Origin: a virus
Lineage: Duplodnaviria > Caudoviricetes
Virus record (IMG/VR): IMGVR_UViG_3300028888_000074
Location: 32,001-96,000 of that record
Length of the DNA: 64,000 nt
Direction: 5' to 3' (one strand)
The translations under genes and the position numbers were made by a program. Positions 9,233 to 19,063 of this stretch are shown piece after piece. The notes below the pieces were generated by a model. It was not told where the DNA came from and did no database searches. It saw only the letters and a program-made list of their open reading frames with translations. Numbering within the stretch: the stretch's first letter is position 1; each line of letters starts with the position of its first letter.

Positions 9233-10210
9233 TTAATTTAAGTTTTCCATACTTAATAATGCGTTTCCGCAAGTAATTCTATCCTGGTCCTCTTCAAGTG
9301 AAGGGATGAACACAATAACTTCCCATCCTTCATCGAGCAAAGGTTGTTCAAATTGTCTATAAACATCGTATTTGTAATACCCTTCTGGTGTGTTGATTCC
9401 GTTTGCATTGGCTTCGTTAGTCTCATGAATGGGTGTTATCTTTACGATGAATTTTTCCTTGTCGAACAATCTTGTTAGTTCCTTCGGGTCAAGGATGGTT
9501 TTGTCGGTGACTGGGAAATTTAACGTGTACTTTCTTCCTTTTGGCATTGGAAGTGTTTTTGATATTTCAGAGATTTCCTCCAAAGACAATGACCGTCCTC
9601 TGAACAATTCATTTCTTTGCTTTTCATCTGTGCTGTTTATTGATAATTGTAAACCAGCTTCTCCATCATAGTCTTCGTTTTTGATTTTGCAGAATTCGTT
9701 AAGTATTTCACCCATTCTAACTAATCCAAGATTTTTTGGCATCATGGTTGTGAAAACTGGGTGAATTGTGTCCGCTTTCATTTTTTGATTTACCAAATTA
9801 TGCAAGTCGTATTTCAAGAAATCAAAAACATTTTTTGTATTTAATGACGGTTCCCCCATACGTGCAAGGTGAAGATTAAATCTCTTTGTATATTTGCATT
9901 TACTAAAGTCAATGGCGTTTGACACTTCTTCGTTTAATTCGTCACGAGAAACATTACCGCCAAATCTAACCTTGGGACAATCACAAAACATGCAATTCAT
10001 GGAACATCCCTTTTGGGTTGAAATAGTAACAACCATCTTGTCAGACAGGTCAACTTCGTGATGCGGAACGCTGTTAATCTCTTTCTTGTAGCCAAGAAAA
10101 TCTGCCTTGATGTTGTTCTCTTTTCCATAATCACCTACATATAGGTATTCCATTTTCTTTTCGGTGTCACAATAAATGGCACCAGTTCTTGTTTTAAATT
10201 CTTTAATCAT
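9233..10210 (-). CDS. radical SAM protein, RlmN/Cfr-like
   Basis: ISTQKGCSMNCMFC (CxxxCxxC), MGEP, SINS, C-terminal TCG. Confidence 0.85.
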   Translation of the reverse strand: MIKEFKTRTGAIYCDTEKKMEYLYVGDYGKENNIKADFLGYKKEINSVPHHEVDLSDKMVVTISTQKGCSMNCMFCDCPKVRFGGNVSRDELNEEVSNAIDFSKCKYTKRFNLHLARMGEPSLNTKNVFDFLKYDLHNLVNQKMKADTIHPVFTTMMPKNLGLVRMGEILNEFCKIKNEDYDGEAGLQLSINSTDEKQRNELFRGRSLSLEEISEISKTLPMPKGRKYTLNFPVTDKTILDPKELTRLFDKEKFIVKITPIHETNEANANGINTPEGYYKYDVYRQFEQPLLDEGWEVIVFIPSLEEDQDRITCGNALLSMENLN

Positions 10211-10213
10211 AAT

Positions 10214-10585
10214 TTATATTATATCAACTGAAATTATATTTAATTTTTCATTATCAAAATAAGTTCTTACACCAAATGTTGGATTAATGCCATAATTCAA
10301 CATTTCTTGTAATATCTTTCCGTTCGGAGTGTTTAAGACTTCAACTTCACAAGATATATTATCGTTATTCAATTTCAATGAATTAATATCAACTTGATGT
10401 GATGCTTCTGAAATTGAAGTGTGTAATGCATAATCAGAAGGATTCATTTGGCCATAAATTATACTTGAACCATTATTATTCTTTATGTAGTTATCTATGG
10501 CATTTTTTATCGACTTTTCATCATATTTTCTACCATTTGATTGGTCAACATCAAATAATATTACATTAACTGTTAATTTTTCCAT
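10214..10585 (-). CDS. prohead-protease-like protein (T4 gp21/S77-like), apparently degenerate
   Basis: NGRKY, YGQMNP, ASHQV, EVLNTPNGKILQEML..G; the expected SSRG Ser motif reads GVRT; start taken at MEKL. Confidence 0.6.
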   Translation of the reverse strand: MEKLTVNVILFDVDQSNGRKYDEKSIKNAIDNYIKNNNGSSIIYGQMNPSDYALHTSISEASHQVDINSLKLNNDNISCEVEVLNTPNGKILQEMLNYGINPTFGVRTYFDNEKLNIISVDII

Positions 10586-10841
10586 ATTGTTTTTCTCTTT
10601 GTTTGTTAATTTCTTTCCACCACTTTTCACTATATTGGTAGTCATAACTGTACAAACCTAAACCAACAAGTACTATAGTTGGAATAAGTATTGCTAATGC
10701 TATCCAAAATAATGGAGTGCAATAAGAATACAATTGAACCATTCCACAAATTAAGCACACGCCAAGAGCAATAAGTAAAATTGCGGTAAAAACGTTAGCT
10801 AATAATTCACAAATTCTTTCAATTTTAGTCATAAATCTCAA
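10566..10841 (-). CDS. small membrane protein
   Basis: Two hydrophobic segments. Confidence 0.65.
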   Translation of the reverse strand: MRFMTKIERICELLANVFTAILLIALGVCLICGMVQLYSYCTPLFWIALAILIPTIVLVGLGLYSYDYQYSEKWWKEINKQREKQYGKINS

Positions 10842-11736
10842 ATTTAAGTCCTGTTTTGTTTTGAATATAATCTTTAATTGTAATTTCTTTTAATAAGTCC
10901 AAATCGAATACTGGATATTCACCACGAAGTTCGTTACCATAACATACTAACGGATTGTGAGTCACGCATATTACAGTACCGTTGAATACCATACATAAAT
11001 TTCTCAGAAGGTGGTCAAACTTGAATAAGTTCTCAAGGTCAAGCCCCTCATCAATTTCATCGATAAGAATCAATGACGCTGAATCAGTAAGAAGTTTATA
11101 ATTTTTATGGTCTTCAAATGTGAAATTCAACACATTCTGCATTTTAGTGAACAAATTGCCAAGCATGTGTTGTGTTTTTTGTCCTTTTGAACTGTTTGTG
11201 GCATTTAATCCACCACCATTGATAAAGCCAAATGCTGTTGCAGCATTAATAAAGTTGCAAGGGTCATCCTCAATTGCGTCAAGAGAAAAAACGTGAGTGA
11301 ACTTATCATCAATTCCATCTATGGTAATTGGAGCGCCTTTCAACATTTGAATGTTTTGGCTTGTCATACCGTCAAGTTCTTTTTTGTTAATCTCAAACAA
11401 AGAATCTTTATTTGCTCTAATGGTTTGGAGGATTGTCGATTTTCCAGAACCGTTTGAACCGACAATGTAATTAACATCGCCAAGTCTTATTGGAATGTCG
11501 AACTCAGAATTATTGAAACAACGGAACCCACCGTCAACCTTTACATGAAACTTTGTGTTTATTGTTTGGATGATTTCATTCATCGTCATTAACAAATCAC
11601 ACCTTTTGGCTTCAATTATACCCAATTCTTTATCATCACGATTGTGACTGGCACAATACATATCTATTTCTAAACCTTTCAGATTTTCCGTAAGAGTTTT
11701 AAGGGTTTTTCTGTCTGTATAATAATTTCTCACCAT
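10825..11736 (-). CDS. ABC-type ATPase
   Basis: Walker A GSNGSGKST, signature SKGQ, Walker B LIDEID, THNP. Confidence 0.85.
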   Translation of the reverse strand: MVRNYYTDRKTLKTLTENLKGLEIDMYCASHNRDDKELGIIEAKRCDLLMTMNEIIQTINTKFHVKVDGGFRCFNNSEFDIPIRLGDVNYIVGSNGSGKSTILQTIRANKDSLFEINKKELDGMTSQNIQMLKGAPITIDGIDDKFTHVFSLDAIEDDPCNFINAATAFGFINGGGLNATNSSKGQKTQHMLGNLFTKMQNVLNFTFEDHKNYKLLTDSASLILIDEIDEGLDLENLFKFDHLLRNLCMVFNGTVICVTHNPLVCYGNELRGEYPVFDLDLLKEITIKDYIQNKTGLKFEIYD

Positions 11737-11774
11737 GTTAACTGTTTTTCATTATATTATTTTGATTTGTAAGA

Positions 11775-11836
11775 CTATGATACCAAAATTTTCAATCAAA
11801 AACAAATTTGGTTTTTAGAATTGTTAATTGTATAAT
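11775..11836. promoter_or_regulatory. divergent pair of sigma70-like phage promoters
   Basis: TTGGTT-N17-TATAAT on + (about 11808-11836) and a TTGTTT...TATCAT equivalent on -; the motif recurs before many operons. Confidence 0.7.
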
Positions 11837-11853
11837 CATAAAAAAATTAAATA

Positions 11854-12909
11854 ATGAATGATAAAGAAAAATTAGATTACCTTAACAAAGAACTTGGAAC
11901 CGATTACCAATCATTTGACAAGGTTGATTGGGCTTATGTCTCATATCAGTATAAACTATCCGAGGACTTCATCCGTGAGTTTCAAGATATAGTTGACTGG
12001 CCTCAAATTTCAGTATACCAGAAGCTGTCTGAGGACTTTATGCGTGAGTTTAAGTATAGGATTAATTGGTTTGCTGTGTCAATATACCAAAATCTGTCGG
12101 AAGGCTTCATGCGTGAGTTTAAGGATGAGTTTGATTGGTCTAACATTTCAATATATCAAAGACTTTCCGAGGGACTCATACGTGACTTTAAGGATGAGGT
12201 TAATTGGTCTAGAATTTCAAAATATCAGAAGCTATCGGAGGGTTTCATACGTGAATTTAAAGATAATATTGATTGGTATTTAATTTCAATAAATCAGAAG
12301 CTTTCAGAAGACTTCATTAGAGAGTTTCATGACAGAGTCAAATGGTCTAACATTTCAATATACCAGAAATTATCAGAGGACTTCATCCGCGAGTTCAAGG
12401 ACATGGTGAATTGGGGTTGTATTTCAAAATACCAGAAACTGTCAGAGAATTTCATCAGAGAGTTTAGTGACATGGTTGACTGGTCTCAAATTGCAGCGCA
12501 TCAGAAACTTTCTGATAGTTTTATTTGTGAGTTCGGTAATAAAATCAGCCAAAATTTGATAAATAACAACTGGGCATACAAGGACGCTGAGTTTTTGAAA
12601 GCACAAGTGGAGAAAACTGGCTTGTACGAATGCCACGACGATTACTTCATTGCGTATAAGGGAATCCGTTCGGACAGGTACTCAAAGTATAACTTCCAAT
12701 ACCAATACCTTCCTGTTGAGACATACGAATCGTTCTGTGACTGTTCGCCAAGCGAACACTCATTCGGCTTGTCCGTGTGGACAGAAGGAAAGGCGAAAGA
12801 ATATAGTGACGAGTTTGTCGTGAAGGTAAAAGTTAAATACGAAGATGTTGGCCGTGTCGTGCATGACGGAGGCAAGATAAGATGCAGGAGAATAACAATA
12901 CTTGATTAA
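11854..12909 (+). CDS. tryptophan-repeat protein (9 x 23 aa) with a C-terminal globular domain
   Basis: Repeat consensus VDWxxISxYQKLSEDFIREFKDx. Confidence 0.85.
   Translation: MNDKEKLDYLNKELGTDYQSFDKVDWAYVSYQYKLSEDFIREFQDIVDWPQISVYQKLSEDFMREFKYRINWFAVSIYQNLSEGFMREFKDEFDWSNISIYQRLSEGLIRDFKDEVNWSRISKYQKLSEGFIREFKDNIDWYLISINQKLSEDFIREFHDRVKWSNISIYQKLSEDFIREFKDMVNWGCISKYQKLSENFIREFSDMVDWSQIAAHQKLSDSFICEFGNKISQNLINNNWAYKDAEFLKAQVEKTGLYECHDDYFIAYKGIRSDRYSKYNFQYQYLPVETYESFCDCSPSEHSFGLSVWTEGKAKEYSDEFVVKVKVKYEDVGRVVHDGGKIRCRRITILD
11923..12543 (+). repeat. 69-bp degenerate coding tandem repeat, 9 units
   Basis: Counted from the translation. Confidence 0.85.
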
Positions 12910-13114
12910 AATGAGAGAGCCGAAGGAAAAAGCCAAAAGGTTGTCAAAAGGACATTATGAGTATCGTGGTTATAAAATTGTGTGTGTCGGATACTACAAC
13001 CCAGAGCACAAAGTTTGCTGGGAATGTGTTGACGAAAACGGATGCGGTTTCGGACATGACTATTCATTGAAAGCGTGTAAGAGATGGATAGATATCGAGA
13101 TTGACGGTGAATAA
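12902..13114 (+). CDS. hypothetical protein
   Basis: 70-aa ORF overlapping the upstream stop. Confidence 0.7.
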   Translation: MIKMREPKEKAKRLSKGHYEYRGYKIVCVGYYNPEHKVCWECVDENGCGFGHDYSLKACKRWIDIEIDGE

Positions 13115-13189
13115 CAATATTATACATTTTGAATTTAAATTTTTTATTTGTATAATCAATTTAGTTTGAAATTAAAAAAAATAAAAATT

Positions 13190-13501
13190 ATGACAAATTT
13201 GGAAATACTGTTTTTAAGTTATGTGATTATCACTGTTTTATCTTTGTTTGTTGTAATATACAATTACTTGACAAAGTACGAAATCGAGAATCAAAGGGTA
13301 TATACAAGAATTGGGTTTGTTTTCAGACTTTTAGTTTCATTTTTGCCAGGCATGAATTTTGTTGGGTTGTTTATGAACATTTTTGAACCGATGGCCAGTA
13401 TATTTCAGTGGAAGGACATAAAGACTCAAGAATTATGCAGACGCGCAAAATTATGGGAAAATTTAAATTCATATTCAAAAATTAAGCAAAACAAGTGGTA
13501 A
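13190..13501 (+). CDS. hypothetical membrane protein
   Basis: Two hydrophobic segments; promoter motif upstream. Confidence 0.65.
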   Translation: MTNLEILFLSYVIITVLSLFVVIYNYLTKYEIENQRVYTRIGFVFRLLVSFLPGMNFVGLFMNIFEPMASIFQWKDIKTQELCRRAKLWENLNSYSKIKQNKW

Positions 13502-13815
13502 TGGAAAAAAATCTTGCAGAAGAATTTAGGAAAATCATTGACAATATGTCAGATGAAGAACTTAATCAGAAACTCAAAGAACTTGAACCTTTACATAATG
13601 TTGGTTTAAAAGCAGATGACTATTTGGCATTTTTAGAAGAAAAACAAAAGAATAAACGCATCACAACCAAGTGTGGATACTGCTTGACTGTTTTTGAATA
13701 TGATACTTCTGAATTAGAAGAAGAGGAAGACCGCGACATGAGAGGATATCATTATTACTATTATATTAAATGTCCAATTTGTGGAAATAGAATTTTAGTA
13801 AACGCATTGATGTAA
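13495..13815 (+). CDS. Zn-ribbon hypothetical protein
   Basis: CGYC...CPIC. Confidence 0.7.
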   Translation: MVMEKNLAEEFRKIIDNMSDEELNQKLKELEPLHNVGLKADDYLAFLEEKQKNKRITTKCGYCLTVFEYDTSELEEEEDRDMRGYHYYYYIKCPICGNRILVNALM

Positions 13816-13892
13816 TGAAAATATTATAAAACATAATAGTTATGATACCAAAAATTAACAAATATTATTCAAAAATCACAAGATAAGATAAT

Positions 13893-14144
13893 ATGGAAAA
13901 ATTCAAACATCTTTATAATTTTGGAGATATTGTAAAAATACAAACAGCCAAAAAAACAATCCGAATCGGTGTGATTGTCGGTATGGTTTTTTCAGGTGTA
14001 GTTTTTTCAAATTCAGACGACAACGATGCTTCGGTAATCTATCAATGCCATTCATATGATAAAGAAAGTGTAGAAATTCCATTTTATTTTAAGGATGTGG
14101 ATGAAAATAAAATAATCGAAAAGTTAGGTAGCATAATAGAATAA
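13893..14144 (+). CDS. hypothetical protein
   Basis: 83-aa ORF with YNFGDIV start motif. Confidence 0.65.
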   Translation: MEKFKHLYNFGDIVKIQTAKKTIRIGVIVGMVFSGVVFSNSDDNDASVIYQCHSYDKESVEIPFYFKDVDENKIIEKLGSIIE

Positions 14145-14147
14145 CTA

Positions 14148-15332
14148 ATGGAAAAATACCTTTTAAAATATATTAGAGGAAGCCATGCTCATGGTATTTC
14201 CACTCCACAGTCTGACGTTGACATGGGTGGTGTATTCGCTTGTGACAACAAACAACTGCTTGGTCTTGGATTTGACTATAAAGATGAAATTGCAGATGAA
14301 AGACACGATGTCGTGTATTGGGAACTTGGAAAGTTCGGAAATTTGTTATGCAAGTCAAACCCAACTGTTCTTGAAAGTCTTTTTGTCGATAAGGAGTTCA
14401 TTGTTGAACAAGATAAACTCTTTATGCCGTTTGTTGAAAATAGAAAAGCTTTTTTGACAAAGGAGTGTTTTAATCCTTTCGGAACGTATTCCGCCTCACA
14501 AATCAAGAAGTGCAGGGGACTTAACAAGCTGATTACCAATCCGTTAGTAGAAAGAAAGGACATTCTTGACTTCTGCTATACATTTCATAACCAGGGTAGT
14601 ATGCCATTGAATCAGTGGCTGAATAAATATAATCTCAATCAAAAATATTGCGGTCTAGTTAATATTCCTAATATGCCAAACTGTTATGGTTTGTATTATG
14701 ACTGGTGGAATCATTTTGCTGATGAAGACATTTCAATTGGTGACATTGAAGATATGTCTTTGGCTGGCAGTGATATGTACGAACTAATTGTTGACCACTA
14801 TAATCTTGATGTATATGATTTTGATACTGTTGCTGATTGGTTTAAGGAGTTGAAGCCAGCTGGGTATAAAGGTATTATGGATGAGGAAGGAAAATCCACA
14901 AGCTTAAGACTTTCTTCTGTTGTGAAATATGAAAAACCGTTGTGTTATGTGAATTACAATCAGGACGGCTATACATGCCATTGTAGGAAATATCGTGAGT
15001 ACAAGGAATGGGAGGCTAAAAGGAATCCTGTGCGTTATCAGTCAAATCTGAATAAAAATTACGACGCAAAGAACATGAGCGAATGTTTCAGACTTGTACA
15101 GACTTGCATTGAAATCGCAAATGGTGAGACTTATAAGGTAAACAGGAAAGGTATTGATTCTGAGTTACTTCTTAACATTAGAGGACACAAGTTTGAATAT
15201 GACGAACTTATGGAAATTCTTGACAAGAAAGTTGTTGAAATGAATGCAGCAATTGAAAAGTCAACAATTCCAGAAACAGTTGATGTGAATTTGGTTAATG
15301 ATTTGGTAATTGACATTAGAAAGAAAATTTAA
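14148..15332 (+). CDS. DNA polymerase beta-superfamily nucleotidyltransferase (predicted RNA repair type)
   Basis: RGSHAHG..TPQSDVDMGG, KSNPTVLESL, YDAKNM..CFRL, LLNIRG. Confidence 0.85.
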   Translation: MEKYLLKYIRGSHAHGISTPQSDVDMGGVFACDNKQLLGLGFDYKDEIADERHDVVYWELGKFGNLLCKSNPTVLESLFVDKEFIVEQDKLFMPFVENRKAFLTKECFNPFGTYSASQIKKCRGLNKLITNPLVERKDILDFCYTFHNQGSMPLNQWLNKYNLNQKYCGLVNIPNMPNCYGLYYDWWNHFADEDISIGDIEDMSLAGSDMYELIVDHYNLDVYDFDTVADWFKELKPAGYKGIMDEEGKSTSLRLSSVVKYEKPLCYVNYNQDGYTCHCRKYREYKEWEAKRNPVRYQSNLNKNYDAKNMSECFRLVQTCIEIANGETYKVNRKGIDSELLLNIRGHKFEYDELMEILDKKVVEMNAAIEKSTIPETVDVNLVNDLVIDIRKKI

Positions 15333-15428
15333 AACAATGATAAGTTTTTTAATTTTTATTATTTGGTTTTAGGATGAAGGTTATGATGTATTAAAAGAAA
15401 TTAACGAAAATTGCAAAAATTAACATAT

Positions 15429-15821
15429 ATGTGTTTAGTAGTAAAGAAAATAAGGCACTTAAACAATAAGCCTAAAATTGCAAAGAAAGATATTATTTGT
15501 TACAAGATGTTCAGGGTAAATAAACTCGGACTTCAAAGCCCGTATAGAGGTACAATATGGAATTGTGGCGATAACATAAAAAATGGGTATATGAATGCTG
15601 ACAATTTTCAAATGATGCCAGAGGATGGTATGATAAACAACGGATTGCATAGTTTTAGAAAACTAGAAAAACCAACAGATTGTCCATATACAAAATATAT
15701 AATCAAAATGACAAAAGATGATGATTGTGTTACTGTATGTTGTATAATCCCAAAAGGTTCAAGATATTGGATTGGAAGAGATAATGATTATTGCTCTGAA
15801 AAATTGTATCTCATGTATTAA
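15429..15821 (+). CDS. hypothetical phage protein
   Basis: MCL..KIAKKDIICYK..GLHSF..CIIPKGSRY. Confidence 0.7.
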   Translation: MCLVVKKIRHLNNKPKIAKKDIICYKMFRVNKLGLQSPYRGTIWNCGDNIKNGYMNADNFQMMPEDGMINNGLHSFRKLEKPTDCPYTKYIIKMTKDDDCVTVCCIIPKGSRYWIGRDNDYCSEKLYLMY

Positions 15822-15846
15822 TTTTTTTTTAGTTTTACATAAAATT

Positions 15847-16290
15847 ATGAGTAAATCAATAATAGAAATAAGGAGAAAAAGAGACGGTAAAATCCTTCGT
15901 GACGAAATCAACGATGCGTGCCAGACGCACAACATTTACGATGGGGACGTGCTTGTTGAATCCGACAAGGACTACAACATAGGGTACATTGAGGGGATTG
16001 GTTTTTGCAGCTTTTCCGAATATGAGGAGCTGGCAGACTACGAAGAACAACCTATGATGACACAGGAAGCAACGATTAAAGGCTGGGTTGCAGTTGACAC
16101 AGTAATGGGTATAAGGAGAGTCATTTTCTTTCCAAACAAACCCGTAAGGGATGTATTGGCACACTTTCATTATTGGGCAGCCACCTGGCCAAATTATGAA
16201 TCATTTCAATTAGGTTCAAACCTTTTCAAAGGTTTACGGTGGGAGGACGAGCCTGTTGAAGCAGAAATAACTATAAAAATAAATAGATAA
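15847..16290 (+). CDS. hypothetical protein
   Basis: ORF from MSKSII; ends LRWEDEPVEAEI. Confidence 0.7.
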   Translation: MSKSIIEIRRKRDGKILRDEINDACQTHNIYDGDVLVESDKDYNIGYIEGIGFCSFSEYEELADYEEQPMMTQEATIKGWVAVDTVMGIRRVIFFPNKPVRDVLAHFHYWAATWPNYESFQLGSNLFKGLRWEDEPVEAEITIKINR

Positions 16291-16452
16291 ATGATTACCG
16301 AAGATTATTCAAGTTCAAGTTTGGAAATCGCTAAATGCGGTGAATGCCCATTTTATTGGGGAGACGAAAGAAATGTTAGAAATAGCTTTTGCAGATATGG
16401 CAACGGTTGGGGATGGGGTTTTTCACCGACAGAAGAATGCCATTATATTTAA
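16291..16452 (+). CDS. small Cys-containing hypothetical protein (53 aa)
   Basis: Read directly: MITEDY...CGECPFY...C..C; abuts the previous stop. Confidence 0.55.
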   Translation: MITEDYSSSSLEIAKCGECPFYWGDERNVRNSFCRYGNGWGWGFSPTEECHYI

Positions 16453-16502
16453 TTTAGTTTATTGTTAACATTGAAAAAGTATGTGTATGAAAGAAGATTA
16501 TT

Positions 16503-16781
16503 GTGAGTGATATGACAAAGAAAGAAAAGCTTATAAATAGATTGAATAAGGCGTTTGACCTTAATTTTAATAACAAGACACCCATTATAACAAGAATGAA
16601 CAACAGGAATGGAGGTTTCAGTTGGATTGCTGGTGTTGGGGGAAGTTCAGTTGGAAGCACAAATTCAATAACAGAATGTTTAACTTGGGAAAAATGGGTT
16701 CTTTCTACAGAATTACACGAACTGTTGGAATACCACGAGAATGACATATATGATTCAAGTTGTAGAATAGAAAAAATTTAA
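16503..16781 (+). CDS. hypothetical protein
   Basis: 92-aa ORF; start uncertain. Confidence 0.65.
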   Translation: MSDMTKKEKLINRLNKAFDLNFNNKTPIITRMNNRNGGFSWIAGVGGSSVGSTNSITECLTWEKWVLSTELHELLEYHENDIYDSSCRIEKI

Positions 16782-16789
16782 ATATAAGT

Positions 16790-17347
16790 GTGATATTAGA
16801 GGAATTTCACGAAAAACATTGCATGGAATGCGGTTCTCAACGTTGCATTGGTGTATATGACAATGGGTGGTGTGAAGCTTGTAAACTGTACAAAAACGAA
16901 TTTGAAGATAATTCAAATTTTGTAAACAAACAATTGATTAATAAAAAAAAAATAGAGAACATGAAAAAACAAGTTTTAATATGTGACAGATGCGGTAAAG
17001 ATATATCGCAAGATACAATTCTACATGGCTGCAAAAGTAATATAAATATTGATTTGGAATTCTGCCACTATGGAAGTATGGGTGGTGAAGAGGATTTGGA
17101 ACACTTTGAATTGGACCTTTGTGACGATTGTTCTCGTGATTTATATTATAAATTAAAAAACTGGTTGAAAGAAAAGAAAGACAATTTAATTCCTGTTCTT
17201 GTTGACACGTTTTCGTATGACGAAGCTTTCGGAACATATGAGAAGGTGAGATGTCATGATTATACAAAAAACTACGAACCAATGAGGCTTACACCGCAAC
17301 AAATAAAAGAATTCATTGACAAAGGAATAAATTTGAAATTTGAATAA
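16790..17347 (+). CDS. Cys-rich hypothetical protein
   Basis: Several CxxC pairs. Confidence 0.65.
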   Translation: MILEEFHEKHCMECGSQRCIGVYDNGWCEACKLYKNEFEDNSNFVNKQLINKKKIENMKKQVLICDRCGKDISQDTILHGCKSNINIDLEFCHYGSMGGEEDLEHFELDLCDDCSRDLYYKLKNWLKEKKDNLIPVLVDTFSYDEAFGTYEKVRCHDYTKNYEPMRLTPQQIKEFIDKGINLKFE

Positions 17348-17359
17348 ATTATCATTGTT

Positions 17360-17797
17360 ATGATTAAAGAAGATTACGTCAGCTTTGAAACAGCAAAGTT
17401 GTTGAAAGAAAAAGGTTTTGATGAGAAGTGTTTTCAGTATTGGCATGAGAAAGACAACGAGTTGGTACACAGCCGAAGTCCGTGCCCTATTCGTAACATC
17501 ACAAATCCTTGTTTCTTCGGGCCTGCCGCCCCGACATTGCAGATGGCGATGAAGTGGCTGCGTGATGTGCATAGTTGTTATATTACAACTTATTGGGAAT
17601 TTAAAAATTACAATGAAAATGGCAATCCAGTATTTAAAGATATTATTTGGAGTTATAACATATCAATTCCAAAATATAACAGTGCAAGAAATGGTGACGG
17701 AGATTATTTTGATATGGACAGTGAAAAAGAAGATTATACTACATCCGAGGAAGCTTGCGAAGCAGCCATCAAATATTGTCTGGAAAACCTTATCTGA
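17360..17797 (+). CDS. hypothetical phage protein
   Basis: EDYVSFETAKLLKEKGF..APTLQMAMKWLR..EEACEAAIKYCL. Confidence 0.8.
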   Translation: MIKEDYVSFETAKLLKEKGFDEKCFQYWHEKDNELVHSRSPCPIRNITNPCFFGPAAPTLQMAMKWLRDVHSCYITTYWEFKNYNENGNPVFKDIIWSYNISIPKYNSARNGDGDYFDMDSEKEDYTTSEEACEAAIKYCLENLI

Positions 17798-17966
17798 CCT
17801 ATGACAAAAGCGGAATATGAAGTGACAAAACGATGGTGCCATGTCAGGTGTTTGAAACCAAAAGAACAATGCAAGAAGTGTTCCATCTTGAAATATTATG
17901 AAACTGTTTTTGGAAAAACGGAAAAAAAATAGTAGTATAGATTTACAAAAAATAAATAACAAAGCA

Positions 17967-18224
17967 ATGAAATTAGAAAAAATTGATTTATTGGAGTGGG
18001 GATGGCATAAAACAGGAGACCCAAGCAAACCGAAAGGAGGATTTTTGTGGGTAAATCCAGATTACCCTGAATTCTATATAATGTACGATGAACCTGAAGG
18101 ATGCGCATATGTGCTTTACAGATATGCAAAAGGTGGAAGCGATGCCTATAATAGCATTGTAGAGATTTACAGATTCATGGATATCCATAAAGGATATGAG
18201 CATGAACAGGATTTTGGGCTTTAA
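17967..18224 (+). CDS. hypothetical protein
   Basis: ORF from MKLEKID. Confidence 0.6.
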   Translation: MKLEKIDLLEWGWHKTGDPSKPKGGFLWVNPDYPEFYIMYDEPEGCAYVLYRYAKGGSDAYNSIVEIYRFMDIHKGYEHEQDFGL

Positions 18225-18338
18225 GAAAAGCAAAAACCATCATATCAAAGTAGACTGAGACAATAACGGAAGAGTTGTTTTTTTTTAAATTTAATTGTAT
18301 AATCATAATTGAATAAAAAAATTAAAAAAAAAAATATT

Positions 18339-18779
18339 ATGAAAATCTACATTTTATTAGACGAGTACTTGAATTCAGAACACCACTGTGACTTTGTTGA
18401 TGTGTTCGACAGTGCAGAAGCTGTTTTGAAATATATATCAGAACACCAGACTGATGGTCATAAATTCAAATATGAGACAAGAGAATTTCAAGACCCACCT
18501 ACTGGAATCAAAATTGATTACCCAAATGTTACACCAATTACAACCCCTCTTAAACCTGGAGAAACATATCCGCTTGGTATAACATGGGGTGGTTATGCTT
18601 ATCCTCCATGCTTCAAAGGAGGACCGTGTACAAATCCAAACTACGACTGCATCAACTGTCCAAGGCCATATGGAGGTGGAGGAACATATTCAACAAACAC
18701 TATTGATGAACTAAAGCCAAACACTATTGATGAACTAAAGCCAAAGAATACAGTAACCACAAACATAAAGACAGAATAA
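18339..18779 (+). CDS. hypothetical protein
   Basis: Promoter motif upstream; Cys/Pro/Gly-rich C-terminal half. Confidence 0.7.
   Translation: MKIYILLDEYLNSEHHCDFVDVFDSAEAVLKYISEHQTDGHKFKYETREFQDPPTGIKIDYPNVTPITTPLKPGETYPLGITWGGYAYPPCFKGGPCTNPNYDCINCPRPYGGGGTYSTNTIDELKPNTIDELKPKNTVTTNIKTE
18694..18741 (+). repeat. exact 24-bp tandem duplication (in frame)
   Basis: CAAACACTATTGATGAACTAAAGC x2. Confidence 0.9.
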
Positions 18780-18832
18780 TGTCATATCATTACATCATTA
18801 CATAATAGTTTTAGTATTAAACGAATAAAAGT

Positions 18833-19063
18833 ATGAAAAAAATTTTAATTTTTATTTTGGGTGTTATCTTTATGTGCGGATGTGCTGAAAGAGACTATAG
18901 CTATGATGACAAAATGCCGTTTCTAGATAGAGTTATTGTTATTGATAGTTGCGAGTATATAGAAGGTACATATGCACTTACTCATAAGGGTAACTGCAAA
19001 TATTGTGCCGCCAGAAGAAAAGCCGAAATGGAAGAAGTCATTAATAATTTAAAATTAAAATAA
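18833..19063 (+). CDS. putative lipoprotein
   Basis: MKK + hydrophobic stretch + CGC lipobox. Confidence 0.7.
   Translation: MKKILIFILGVIFMCGCAERDYSYDDKMPFLDRVIVIDSCEYIEGTYALTHKGNCKYCAARRKAEMEEVINNLKLK

Noticed and set aside
11923-12543. CRISPR array
   Set aside because: The repeats are degenerate, in-frame coding units with no unique spacers; the same holds for the 57-bp repeats at about 42496-42771
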